Of a DNA stretch of 64,000 nucleotides, positions 41,301 through 49,458 are shown one piece after another (positions within the stretch are counted from its first letter, which is position 1; every line of letters begins with the position of its first letter). Under the pieces are notes generated by a model. It searched no databases. It was not told the origin of the DNA and saw nothing but the letters and a program-made list of their open reading frames with translations. This DNA comes from Candidatus Saccharimonadales bacterium (GTDB taxonomy: Bacteria; Patescibacteriota; Saccharimonadia; Saccharimonadales; UBA4665), in NCBI GenBank assembly GCA_035545555.1, contig DASZYD010000013.1, forward strand, positions 5,725-69,724. The letters run 5' to 3'. Made by a program: the position numbers and the translations under genes.

Positions 41301-42188
41301 CTACTGCGCTTCGCTGCGGCTGTTTTCGATGGAGCGGCGGATCATATAGAGTTCGTGCCGCCGGCCAAGCCAAAACGAGGTGAGCAGCAGCGGGATGGCA
41401 ATGAGCATCGGCTGCCAGAGGATTTCGGTCTTGCCCTGCCCGGTGCTGCCTGTGCCGCCGGTTGTCGATACCGAACCGCTGATCGTGCCGTTGGCTACAC
41501 CTACGACTTGCAGATACGCGGTAGTGCCGTTGGCGTCGGTCGCTTTGACCACGATAGTGTAGACGCCCGCCTGCTGGTACGTATGGCTCACGTTGATCAC
41601 CCCAGGGAATGAAACGCTTTTGAGGTCGTTGGCGCTGCCGTCGCCCCAGTCGAAACTGAGTGCGTACGGCCCGGTGCCGCCACTTAGGATAAACGACCAG
41701 TCGAGTGGGCTGCCCGGATCGGCGCCGCGCCGCGCATAGCTGCTGGTGATGGACACGCGCGAGCCAAATTGCGCAAATTGCGCATCATTGAATGTCACGC
41801 TGACGGTATTGGAGTCCGGCCCCTGCTGGTCGAGAGCATCATACACCCGTGCCACCAGGTCGTTGCGCCCGCTGAAGAGGTCAATCTTGAGGCTGTAGCT
41901 GCCGCCTGCACAGACTGCCGAGCCGACAAAAATGTTATTGGAAAAGATCTTAACCAGCAGCCCCGTCTTGCAAAGGCCGCTGACGGTAATCGGCGTGCTG
42001 GTAAATGTCTGCCCGTTGCTTGGCGTGGCAATGGTTGCCGCCTGTGTGGGCGCGGCTGTCGAGACAGTCGCTTCCAAGCCCATCGAGTTCGACTGCGGAT
42101 TGTCGAGCGCGGCGACGGGCGCGGCCAGTAACAGGCACGTCAGCAGAGCCAGTGCACTTGTTCGGGCGATCCATCGACGGTTCATCAC
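41301..42188 (-). CDS. secreted Ig-like + PKD-domain protein with C-terminal TM anchor
   Basis: Has a signal peptide (ALALLTCLLLAAPVAA), the PKD signature FDWGDGSANDL...VSHTYQQAGVYTIVVKATDANG and the C-terminal TM LIAIPLLLTSFWLG. Confidence 0.75.
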   Translation of the reverse strand: MMNRRWIARTSALALLTCLLLAAPVAALDNPQSNSMGLEATVSTAAPTQAATIATPSNGQTFTSTPITVSGLCKTGLLVKIFSNNIFVGSAVCAGGSYSLKIDLFSGRNDLVARVYDALDQQGPDSNTVSVTFNDAQFAQFGSRVSITSSYARRGADPGSPLDWSFILSGGTGPYALSFDWGDGSANDLKSVSFPGVINVSHTYQQAGVYTIVVKATDANGTTAYLQVVGVANGTISGSVSTTGGTGSTGQGKTEILWQPMLIAIPLLLTSFWLGRRHELYMIRRSIENSRSEAQ

Positions 42189-42247
42189 GGTTTTACTGCT
42201 TACGCTCCTGCTTCAACCTTAGCAAACCGGCCAGAAATGGCAAGCCG

Positions 42248-43252
42248 CTAGCGGCGGGTCGCCCTGCGCACCACACGCTGATTGTACCCGCGCATCAGCC
42301 GTGGGAAGCCGAAGATGAAGAACAGGATGATGAGAATGACCGCAAGCACCCCCAAAATACCCCAGATCGGAATGACATAGAATGTCGTTTGGCCGCTGAG
42401 CAATTGGCCGTCCTGGCCGAAGCCAAAGTTGCCCTCCAGCGTGTATTTGCCGAACATGCCTATATGGCTCAAGCTAACGGTGAACTTGCGAACGCTATCC
42501 GGCAACACGTTGCCGCGCGGCGTAGTGTTGTTGATCTCAAATGAGGCCAGCTGCTTTTTGCCCTGCTTGAGCAACAGCTTGCCGAACGGCTGCTCCTGGA
42601 CATCGCCGTCATTCTTAAAACGAATAGCCGCCACCAGGTTCTTGCTGCTCGTAAAGACCACGCTGGAGCTGCCGTTGTCACCCTGCTGCACACTCATGTC
42701 GGTCAGCTGCAAATCCTCCTTAAAATCGCCCGGCACGCGCACCAGGATCAGCGAGGCCACGCTGGCGGACAGCGCCACGCTGCCGCTGCCGCCACTGCTG
42801 GCCGGCGCGAAGCGCACTGCACCGTAGTAGCCGCCGCCCGGGGCATCGCTTGGAATAGTGATCGTCACCCCGACCGACTTTTCCTGCCCGGCAGCAAGCG
42901 TCACATTCGGCACCGGCGCCACGTAGCGCTTGAGGCTATGGCTTGGCGCGTACTGGTTAGGGTTGAGCAGCAGCGCCGGCGTGCCGCTCTCGTCGCCGCT
43001 AGCCGTAAAGTCATTAATAAACACCTGCAGCGTTACCGGTGCCTGTGTCACGTTCTGCACATTCACGGTCACGGTTTGCGACTGTCCGGGGTTGACGGTT
43101 ATGTTGGTGCTAACTGGCGAAATCTTCAGGCCGTTGCCGCCGGCGCTGCCGCTTGTCGCCGCTGCAGCCAGCGGTGACAAGACAGCCGACAACACTAGTA
43201 CTAATCCGGCCAGCAAACTGCTACCAAGCCCGGCGGATGTGCGACGCCTCAT
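42248..43252 (-). CDS. DUF916/DUF3324-like cell-surface protein (CscA-like), C-terminal TM anchor
   Basis: Signal peptide, then ISPVSTNITVNPGQSQTVTVNVQNVT...VTLAAGQEKSVGVTITIPSDAPGGGYYGAVRF (DUF916 grammar). A second beta domain follows, ending in the TM IWGILGVLAVILIILFFIFGF and a basic tail. Assigned from motif grammar, not from a search. Confidence 0.6.
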   Translation of the reverse strand: MRRRTSAGLGSSLLAGLVLVLSAVLSPLAAAATSGSAGGNGLKISPVSTNITVNPGQSQTVTVNVQNVTQAPVTLQVFINDFTASGDESGTPALLLNPNQYAPSHSLKRYVAPVPNVTLAAGQEKSVGVTITIPSDAPGGGYYGAVRFAPASSGGSGSVALSASVASLILVRVPGDFKEDLQLTDMSVQQGDNGSSSVVFTSSKNLVAAIRFKNDGDVQEQPFGKLLLKQGKKQLASFEINNTTPRGNVLPDSVRKFTVSLSHIGMFGKYTLEGNFGFGQDGQLLSGQTTFYVIPIWGILGVLAVILIILFFIFGFPRLMRGYNQRVVRRATRR

Positions 43253-43309
43253 ATCCTCAATCTTCCCCCATGGTTATCTAAAATCTGCTCCATTTATCGT
43301 ACCAAACCG

Positions 43310-44377
43310 CTAGAAGTTTGCCAAACACACATACGTCAGCGTTGTGGCATACACGCCCGGCGCCTGTCCCGTCGGAATATTAATGATGTAGCTGACCGTG
43401 AACTTCCGGTAATCCTGCACTGCCGTGGCCGTCGCGATCGTATCGCCGGAGACAAAGCGGAAGAAGTTTGGTTGCGCATAAGCCGGTGCCGCCGTGGCAG
43501 TGCCGGGCCCGACCGGGTTAGCGCCGACCGACGGCGTCGCGTTTGCCACCAGGTTGATCCCGAACTGGCTGAGCCCGGGCCGCGAGACGTCCGACACAGC
43601 CATGGCGCTTATGATGTTATTGCCCGACGTCATAGTATTGCCGGCCACCTGCATGACATAGCCGGAGCCGGCGTTCGTTGCCGTCAGCAGCTGGCTCTGC
43701 GCGCTGGCCGTAACCCCACCGGTAAGGTTGCCGAAATTGATATAGTTGCCGCTGGCCTGGCCACAGTCAAACCCGCCGATGGTGATGCCGCTGCAAAACA
43801 AGAGATACGGTGGCACGGTGGTAGTAACGCTGATGGCGTTGTTGATATTCATAGCGATGCCGCCGTGATCATTCTCCGCCCCGCTGGCATCAGTACTGGC
43901 AAAGGTTTGCAGGCGTCCGAAAAAGCTGCCCTGACCCGATGGATTCGTAACACCGGCCACTGTATAGCTAACGGTACCAGCCGCTGCCGGCGCTGCCGTA
44001 CGAGTCAGCACGAGGGTGTTTGCATCGGTGCCAGCGCCGTCGATCGAAAAGCCCAGTTCGCCACTCTGCGCGCTCAGCGTAGCACCGGAGATATCAAAGC
44101 CGGCCGGCGCCGGACACGGATCACCAAATAACGGATCGTTCGCACAAAACAGGAGCTTGATCGAACCAAGCGTCTCTGGGGCTGGGATATCAAAACTCAG
44201 TTTGTATGTTGCTGTGGCGCTCGCGACACTATCGCTTAGGGTAACGCTTCGGTTCGGCAACAGCGAGGCCGAGGCGTGCGCCAAGTAGAGGGAGAACAGT
44301 CCCGCCACCACGAGCAGGGCTGCCCCAATCTGTGCGGTCCGAACGCTAAGAACGGTGCTACGCCTTAGGCTGCTCAT
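43310..44377 (-). CDS. secreted beta-rich surface protein, paralogue family member A (355 aa)
   Basis: Has a signal or TM segment. It shares the N-module ATYKLSFDIP...IKLLFCANDPLFGDPCPAPAGF with the next two genes, and the C-module QFGINLVAN...GDTIA...FTVSYIINI...PGVY...F-COOH with the 263-aa protein. Confidence 0.65.
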   Translation of the reverse strand: MSSLRRSTVLSVRTAQIGAALLVVAGLFSLYLAHASASLLPNRSVTLSDSVASATATYKLSFDIPAPETLGSIKLLFCANDPLFGDPCPAPAGFDISGATLSAQSGELGFSIDGAGTDANTLVLTRTAAPAAAGTVSYTVAGVTNPSGQGSFFGRLQTFASTDASGAENDHGGIAMNINNAISVTTTVPPYLLFCSGITIGGFDCGQASGNYINFGNLTGGVTASAQSQLLTATNAGSGYVMQVAGNTMTSGNNIISAMAVSDVSRPGLSQFGINLVANATPSVGANPVGPGTATAAPAYAQPNFFRFVSGDTIATATAVQDYRKFTVSYIINIPTGQAPGVYATTLTYVCLANF

Positions 44378-44395
44378 TCATTCTATTGTAGCGTA

Positions 44396-45619
44396 CTAGA
44401 ACGTACCGGTGGCGATGAGCGATTCGCTGCCAAGATAGACGCCGGCCGGAGTAGTGTTGGCAGCAGTAGCTACGAACTCAAGCGTATTTGCCTCATTGCT
44501 GACGGCACCGGTACCAGAAAAGACTTGACTGCCGAACGTGGATGTCGTACCCGTTGTGTTGTTGCCATCCATGCCATAAAGGCTCGTAGCATTATAGGTT
44601 GCGGGGCAACTATTGGCCGTGTCGCTATAGGCTGCAGCGACGGTCGTATTGGCGCCCTTGTTAACGCACATCCCCCATGCACCAGCCCCTGCCGTAAGCG
44701 TAGTAGCATTACCGGTCAATATATTCCCTATTATAGGACAGGTCGTACCGCCATCCGAGCTAAGTCCTCCATTAGTGCACGTGTTGCCTGCTTTCATGCG
44801 TACTACCCATCCGCCGTTTGCATTCGTTGATAGCTGTGTATTAACACCCGCTATATCAACCTGCGTGGCCGTCAAGACGGTTGCTGAGCCCACGGTGTGG
44901 CCGAGCGTAATCGACGGAGCAGTCAGGGAGCCGCCACAGGTTCCCGTAATGGTTGCCGTAGTTACGCAGAACGTCATGGTTTCCTCGACCGTAGCAGTAA
45001 CGTTGATCAATGCCGCAGTGCTGAGGGCGACACCGCCTGAGTCTACGACACCCGTTGAGCCGCCGGCAGTATAACTGTCAGCATGTGCCTTCGTATCATA
45101 GGTGTACATTCGGGCATAGAAGGAGTGATTGGCTGCCACGTTCGGGTTAGTAACATTCGTTACGCTGAAGGATACGGCGCAAGGCGTCGTAGTGACGTTG
45201 ATGGCTGAAGCGGCTGATAACTCTAGCGTATGCGCGCCCGCAGCAGTACCGGTAGTGACGGTAAAGGTAGAGATGTTACAACCGGCTGTAGTGGACTGAC
45301 CAGTAACCGTTGGCGAAGCGATGGAGAAGCCGCTTGGTGCCGTGCAGGTCGTATCGGCCAATAGTGGGTCGTTATCGCAAAAGTCGACGATGATAGCCTG
45401 GATACTGGGGCTACCGGTAGAAATTGTATTAAACGAAAACTTGTACGTCACACCCGTCGCGCCGGCCGTGGCGTTGCTCATTTCTATGCTTCGAGACGTG
45501 ACCTGTGCAGCAGTAGCCGTCCCGTTCAAGACAAGCGGTACGCCCGCCGCCAGGGCCAATATAACTGCCGCCACTACTGCATAGAGGTTGCGCGAAAGCC
45601 CCTGCATGCGTTTTTTCAT
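44396..45619 (-). CDS. secreted beta-rich surface protein, paralogue family member B (407 aa)
   Basis: Has a signal peptide. The N-module is VTYKFSFNT...IIVDFCDNDPLLADTTCTAPSGF and the C-module is EETMTFCVT...TPAGVYLGSESLIATGTF-COOH. An AT-rich putative promoter region lies at 45620-45737. Confidence 0.65.
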   Translation of the reverse strand: MKKRMQGLSRNLYAVVAAVILALAAGVPLVLNGTATAAQVTSRSIEMSNATAGATGVTYKFSFNTISTGSPSIQAIIVDFCDNDPLLADTTCTAPSGFSIASPTVTGQSTTAGCNISTFTVTTGTAAGAHTLELSAASAINVTTTPCAVSFSVTNVTNPNVAANHSFYARMYTYDTKAHADSYTAGGSTGVVDSGGVALSTAALINVTATVEETMTFCVTTATITGTCGGSLTAPSITLGHTVGSATVLTATQVDIAGVNTQLSTNANGGWVVRMKAGNTCTNGGLSSDGGTTCPIIGNILTGNATTLTAGAGAWGMCVNKGANTTVAAAYSDTANSCPATYNATSLYGMDGNNTTGTTSTFGSQVFSGTGAVSNEANTLEFVATAANTTPAGVYLGSESLIATGTF

Positions 45620-45737
45620 ACTTTTTGCTATCCTTCTAGTTTTTGTATGTTCAAAGGTATCGCTCAGATCTTAGCATGTTAACCTGGAGCCTTGCAATAA
45701 AGCGTAAGGACTTATCCACAAGAATCTTAACAGAGAA

Positions 45738-48557
45738 TTAAAACGTGCCGGTCGCCACGAGAGAGTAGGCCCCAATATAGATCCCGGCTGGGGTGGTGGA
45801 TGAGGCGCTGGCGGCGAAGGTCACTATGTCGTTCTCGTTGTCTAGCGCGCCGCTGCTGGTAAAGACCGGGCTGCCGTATGCGCTTCTGACGCCTGTGGCT
45901 GTAGCATCGTCCAGGCCGTAGGCAGTACCGCTGCCGCAACTGGCGCCATTGTACGGTGCCTGCACGGTAATGCTGCCGCTGCCGGCCTGCACGCATACGC
46001 CGACAGCCGCCGTCCCGGCCGACAGCGTCGTCGCGCTACAGCTACCGCCACAGGATGTGTTGATGGCCGGGACGCCGCACGAGCTCCCGCCGTTGCTGCT
46101 CAGGCCGCCACAGCTGGCGCCGACGCGCACCATACGAACGGTCACGCCGCTCCCCGCGTTGGTCGATGTTTGCGTATAGGCGTCGGCCGTATCGACACTG
46201 CTGCTGTTGAGCACCGGCGGCGAGCCGTGCCCAAGCGTCAGGCTGGCCGGCGACAGACCGGTGCAGTTGGCGCTGATACTGCCGCCCGATACGCAAAACG
46301 TAATCGCCTCCGGCACAACAAAGGTCAGAGCGATCCCGTCGCCGGTGGAGAGGGCCATACCGCCATGATCGACCGAATCCGCCAGGTTGCCCGAGCGGGT
46401 TGTACCCGAAACGGTGTACTCGCCGGTCATATTGCCAGCGGTGTTGAAGGTGATGACACGCGCATAAAACGAGTGGTTGGCCGCCGCCGGGTTTGTCGCC
46501 GTGGTGATAGTGAAATCGATGGGCGTGCCGGTCGAAACTGTCTGTGGCGTCGCGTTGGACAATTCCAGTACCTGTGACTTTCCGGCTGCCGCCCCACCTT
46601 GCACCCCGGCTGCTGTCCAGCCGCTGCCCATGCCGCCGTTTACCGTCAGGCTCGGGCTCGCGCCGCCCCAGTCGAAGCTGGCCGGATAGGTGCAGGCAGC
46701 GTCGTTGAAAACGGGGTCATTGTCGCACATATCGACGACGATACCGCCGATGGGGGTGTTGATGGTGGGCGTAAAGACCACTTCGTAGCTGACGTTTGCC
46801 GCGCCAGGTGTCGAGGTGGTCATAGTCACACTGCGGCCCGTCGCTTGCGCATGATACTCGGGGATCAACACGACCGTGCCGTTCCCGGCCGCCGCACCCA
46901 AGTGGTTCGTCCCGGCTAGGGCAGCATGTGCCGCATCAAGCGTATTCCCGGTCCACGAGTTGGTGAGGTAGCGTATAGCAATCCGGCCGCCGCCGCCAGC
47001 TGCGCCGCCACAACCGGTAGCGCCGTTACCGCCGTTGGCGCTCATCGATCCGGATCCGGTGAACGTGTTCACATCAAGATATAGGCTGCCGCCCGAGCCA
47101 GCTGACGCGTTACATCCGCTGGCATTCGTCCCGTTGGCTGTCAGTGAGCCGTTAACGGTAAGCGTTCCATTCACCACCAACTTGATAGCACCGCCGCCGG
47201 CCGTGCCGGGGCCATTACTGTCGGAACCGCCGCCCGATCCAAGATCAAGTGGCGAAGAAGCCGACCCATAGGTGCTGCTGTTGCCGTTACCTCCGATGCC
47301 ACCATATGCACCACCTTTGGAGGTATTAACACCACCAGCCCCGCCGCCGGGGCCGACACCGTTAATCGACGTCGTTGTGCCGCCCGGATAGCCGAGCCCG
47401 TCGGCCGATATCGCGCTCGTCGCCGGCACCGTCACGTTGCCCCCAACAGTGATGGTTACCCCTGTGCCGTTTGTACTCGTCGTATTCGAGCCGCCAGCCG
47501 ATAGTGTTACTCCGGAAGCCAACGTTAGCGCATCGCTCACCGTCAATGTAAAAGCTGCTGCGCTGGCTGAAGAGAACGTCACATTCGCATTGACTGTCAC
47601 ATCGTGATACGAGAATGCCGTTTCGTCAGTCGAACGCCATGTGCCGTTGATTGCCGGAATAGTCAGATCATTCGTTCCCGTGCGCAGGATATACGCCGTA
47701 CCGTAGCCGGCAGCCGTACCGTTATGGGTAGCGCCCGGCGCAGCCGAGACAGTACCGCTAAATGTTGGCGCGTTCGTTGAGTTGAGCGAAATACGGCCGC
47801 CACCACCCGCTGCGCCGCCACAACCGGTAGCGCCGTTACCGCCAGCCACCGTAACGGTACCCGCGCCAGCGAGCGTACCGGCTATTGCCCAAATGCTGCC
47901 GCCTGAGCCGCCGGCGACGTTACATCCTGATGGTGAGCCGCCGGCGGCTGTTACAGTGCCGCTTACCGTAAGGGTACCCGAAGTGACAAGCTTAATCGCA
48001 CCGCCGCCGTTACCGGCCGGGTTGCCGTTATTGTCATAACCGCCGCCGCTTCCCATATTGGTCGGGGAGAAAATAGACCCGTAGACGGCGCCACTGCCGG
48101 CATGGCCCGCCGGGTTGCCGCCAAAACCGCCATAGCCGGCGCCGCCCGCATTATTCGTGCCGCTCCAGCCAGCACCCGGCCCTTCAGCTGTCGGCGTGCC
48201 CGAGGACCCGCCGCGGTAGCCCTTGGCATCCGCCGTCAGCGTACCGACAATACTTATCGATGTTGCGTCAATCTCCACACTGCCGTAACTGGAGCCATTA
48301 TACGCCTGTACGGTCGCCGTCTCGCCCGTGCCGATGGTTAGAGTGCCGACATTCGTATGCACGCCGGCGATGCCGCCGGGACAATCGGTGGCCGGGTCCC
48401 AGCTGGCGCCGCCATGGTCACCGCCGTTGAGACAGGTATACGAGGCACCCGCCCGGCGCTGATACAGCACCAGCGCGCCGGCCACGACCAGCACTGCCAC
48501 GACCGACAGCGCTACTACACGTATAACTCTCACCCTACGCATAAGCATTAGCTTCAA
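45738..48557 (-). CDS. large secreted surface protein: duplicated Gly-rich beta-helix-like module + paralogue family C-terminal part (939 aa)
   Basis: N-terminal TM or signal segment, two ~155-aa Gly-rich modules 270 aa apart, then VSYEVVFTPT...IVVDMCDNDPVFNDAACTYPASF ... EAITFCVS ... TPAGIYIGAYSLVATGTF-COOH. Confidence 0.7.
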   Translation of the reverse strand: MKLMLMRRVRVIRVVALSVVAVLVVAGALVLYQRRAGASYTCLNGGDHGGASWDPATDCPGGIAGVHTNVGTLTIGTGETATVQAYNGSSYGSVEIDATSISIVGTLTADAKGYRGGSSGTPTAEGPGAGWSGTNNAGGAGYGGFGGNPAGHAGSGAVYGSIFSPTNMGSGGGYDNNGNPAGNGGGAIKLVTSGTLTVSGTVTAAGGSPSGCNVAGGSGGSIWAIAGTLAGAGTVTVAGGNGATGCGGAAGGGGRISLNSTNAPTFSGTVSAAPGATHNGTAAGYGTAYILRTGTNDLTIPAINGTWRSTDETAFSYHDVTVNANVTFSSASAAAFTLTVSDALTLASGVTLSAGGSNTTSTNGTGVTITVGGNVTVPATSAISADGLGYPGGTTTSINGVGPGGGAGGVNTSKGGAYGGIGGNGNSSTYGSASSPLDLGSGGGSDSNGPGTAGGGAIKLVVNGTLTVNGSLTANGTNASGCNASAGSGGSLYLDVNTFTGSGSMSANGGNGATGCGGAAGGGGRIAIRYLTNSWTGNTLDAAHAALAGTNHLGAAAGNGTVVLIPEYHAQATGRSVTMTTSTPGAANVSYEVVFTPTINTPIGGIVVDMCDNDPVFNDAACTYPASFDWGGASPSLTVNGGMGSGWTAAGVQGGAAAGKSQVLELSNATPQTVSTGTPIDFTITTATNPAAANHSFYARVITFNTAGNMTGEYTVSGTTRSGNLADSVDHGGMALSTGDGIALTFVVPEAITFCVSGGSISANCTGLSPASLTLGHGSPPVLNSSSVDTADAYTQTSTNAGSGVTVRMVRVGASCGGLSSNGGSSCGVPAINTSCGGSCSATTLSAGTAAVGVCVQAGSGSITVQAPYNGASCGSGTAYGLDDATATGVRSAYGSPVFTSSGALDNENDIVTFAASASSTTPAGIYIGAYSLVATGTF
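46968..47435 (-). repeat. intragenic repeat copy 2 (aa ~375-530)
   Basis: The peptide is ...GGGAIKLVVNGTLTVNGSLTANGTNASGCNASAGSGGSLY...GGNGATGCGGAAGGGGRIAI, offset exactly 810 nt from copy 1. Confidence 0.85.
47778..48245 (-). repeat. intragenic repeat copy 1 (Gly-rich module, aa ~105-260 of the 939-aa protein)
   Basis: The peptide ...GGGAIKLVTSGTLTVSGTVTAAGG.PSGCNVAGGSGGSIW...GGNGATGCGGAAGGGGRISL parallels copy 2. An exact 34-nt match is found at 47810-47843 and 47000-47033. Confidence 0.85.
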
Positions 48558-48600
48558 CTATAGTGAAGCGCCAACCTGCGATCAAGCCGCCGGCCGGACG

Positions 48601-49392
48601 CTAAAAGGTACTGGTCGCCACCAGCACATGGTCCATGGTGTAGGTGCCGCCAGGCGTTACATTGCTGATGTTGATGAGGTATGAAATGGTAAAATCGGTC
48701 TCGCCAGAGCTCTTGGTCGCATGGGCGATCGTATCGCCGTTGTGATATTTAAACTGGCATGCTGTATCATACCCGCTTGCCGCCGCGCCGAAGCTAAACG
48801 TGGCATCGGGCACCTGGACAGGATTGGCGCCCAGGCTGGCAGGCAAACCGCCGCCGCAGCTGCTATTCGCCACCAAGTTGATGCCGAACTGCTCGGTTGA
48901 CGGATTTGAAGGCCCGGCAGACGACATGGCTGTCAGCAGGTGGGCGCCGTTGGCGGGCGGGTCAGCGGCGGTCACTACCTGATAGCCGCTGGCAAGGTAT
49001 GTCTTGACTGAGAAGTGAGCCAGGCCGGTGGCCGGGGTGCCGGGGCTCAATGTGCCAAGGTTAATGTTCGTGCTCGTCACTACAAATGTCAGTGACGGCG
49101 TACGGTCGGTATTGAATCCCGCCTGGGCCTGATAATTCGTGCTGGATGAGTTGCCCACGCCCGTTTCTCCGACCGAGACTTTGGCGCAATAGTTGGTAGA
49201 CTGCTCGGAGCCGCTCTGGCCGGGATCGCAGAGTGCCCCGCCGTTTCCCAGGAAGGCCTCACTTACCCCGTAGCCGCCCGAACAACTCTGCTGACCGGTA
49301 CTGCACGCCGCTGCGCCACCGGCGTCCATGCCGGCCAGCGCCGCGACCATGGCAATTGCCAGCACCAGTTTTATACACAGCTGACGCCTCAT
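48601..49392 (-). CDS. secreted beta-rich surface protein, short paralogue (263 aa)
   Basis: Signal peptide, a Cys-rich N-segment, then LTFVVTSTNINLGTL...QFGINLVAN...GDTIAHAT...FTISYLINI...PGGTYTMDHVLVATSTF-COOH. This matches the C-module of the 355-aa protein. Confidence 0.65.
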   Translation of the reverse strand: MRRQLCIKLVLAIAMVAALAGMDAGGAAACSTGQQSCSGGYGVSEAFLGNGGALCDPGQSGSEQSTNYCAKVSVGETGVGNSSSTNYQAQAGFNTDRTPSLTFVVTSTNINLGTLSPGTPATGLAHFSVKTYLASGYQVVTAADPPANGAHLLTAMSSAGPSNPSTEQFGINLVANSSCGGGLPASLGANPVQVPDATFSFGAAASGYDTACQFKYHNGDTIAHATKSSGETDFTISYLINISNVTPGGTYTMDHVLVATSTF

Positions 49393-49458
49393 GTGCCTCT
49401 ATTGTCCCGCAAGCAGGGTTAAAACTCAAATCCGTTTACGCTTGGCCGGCATTCTAGT

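Noticed and set aside
46968-48245. Repetitive GC-rich DNA considered as a possible CRISPR or tandem-repeat array
   Set aside because: The repeats are long (about 470 nt), lie in-frame inside one ORF, are only two in number and encode a duplicated Gly-rich protein module. There are no short direct repeats with unique spacers and no cas genes.
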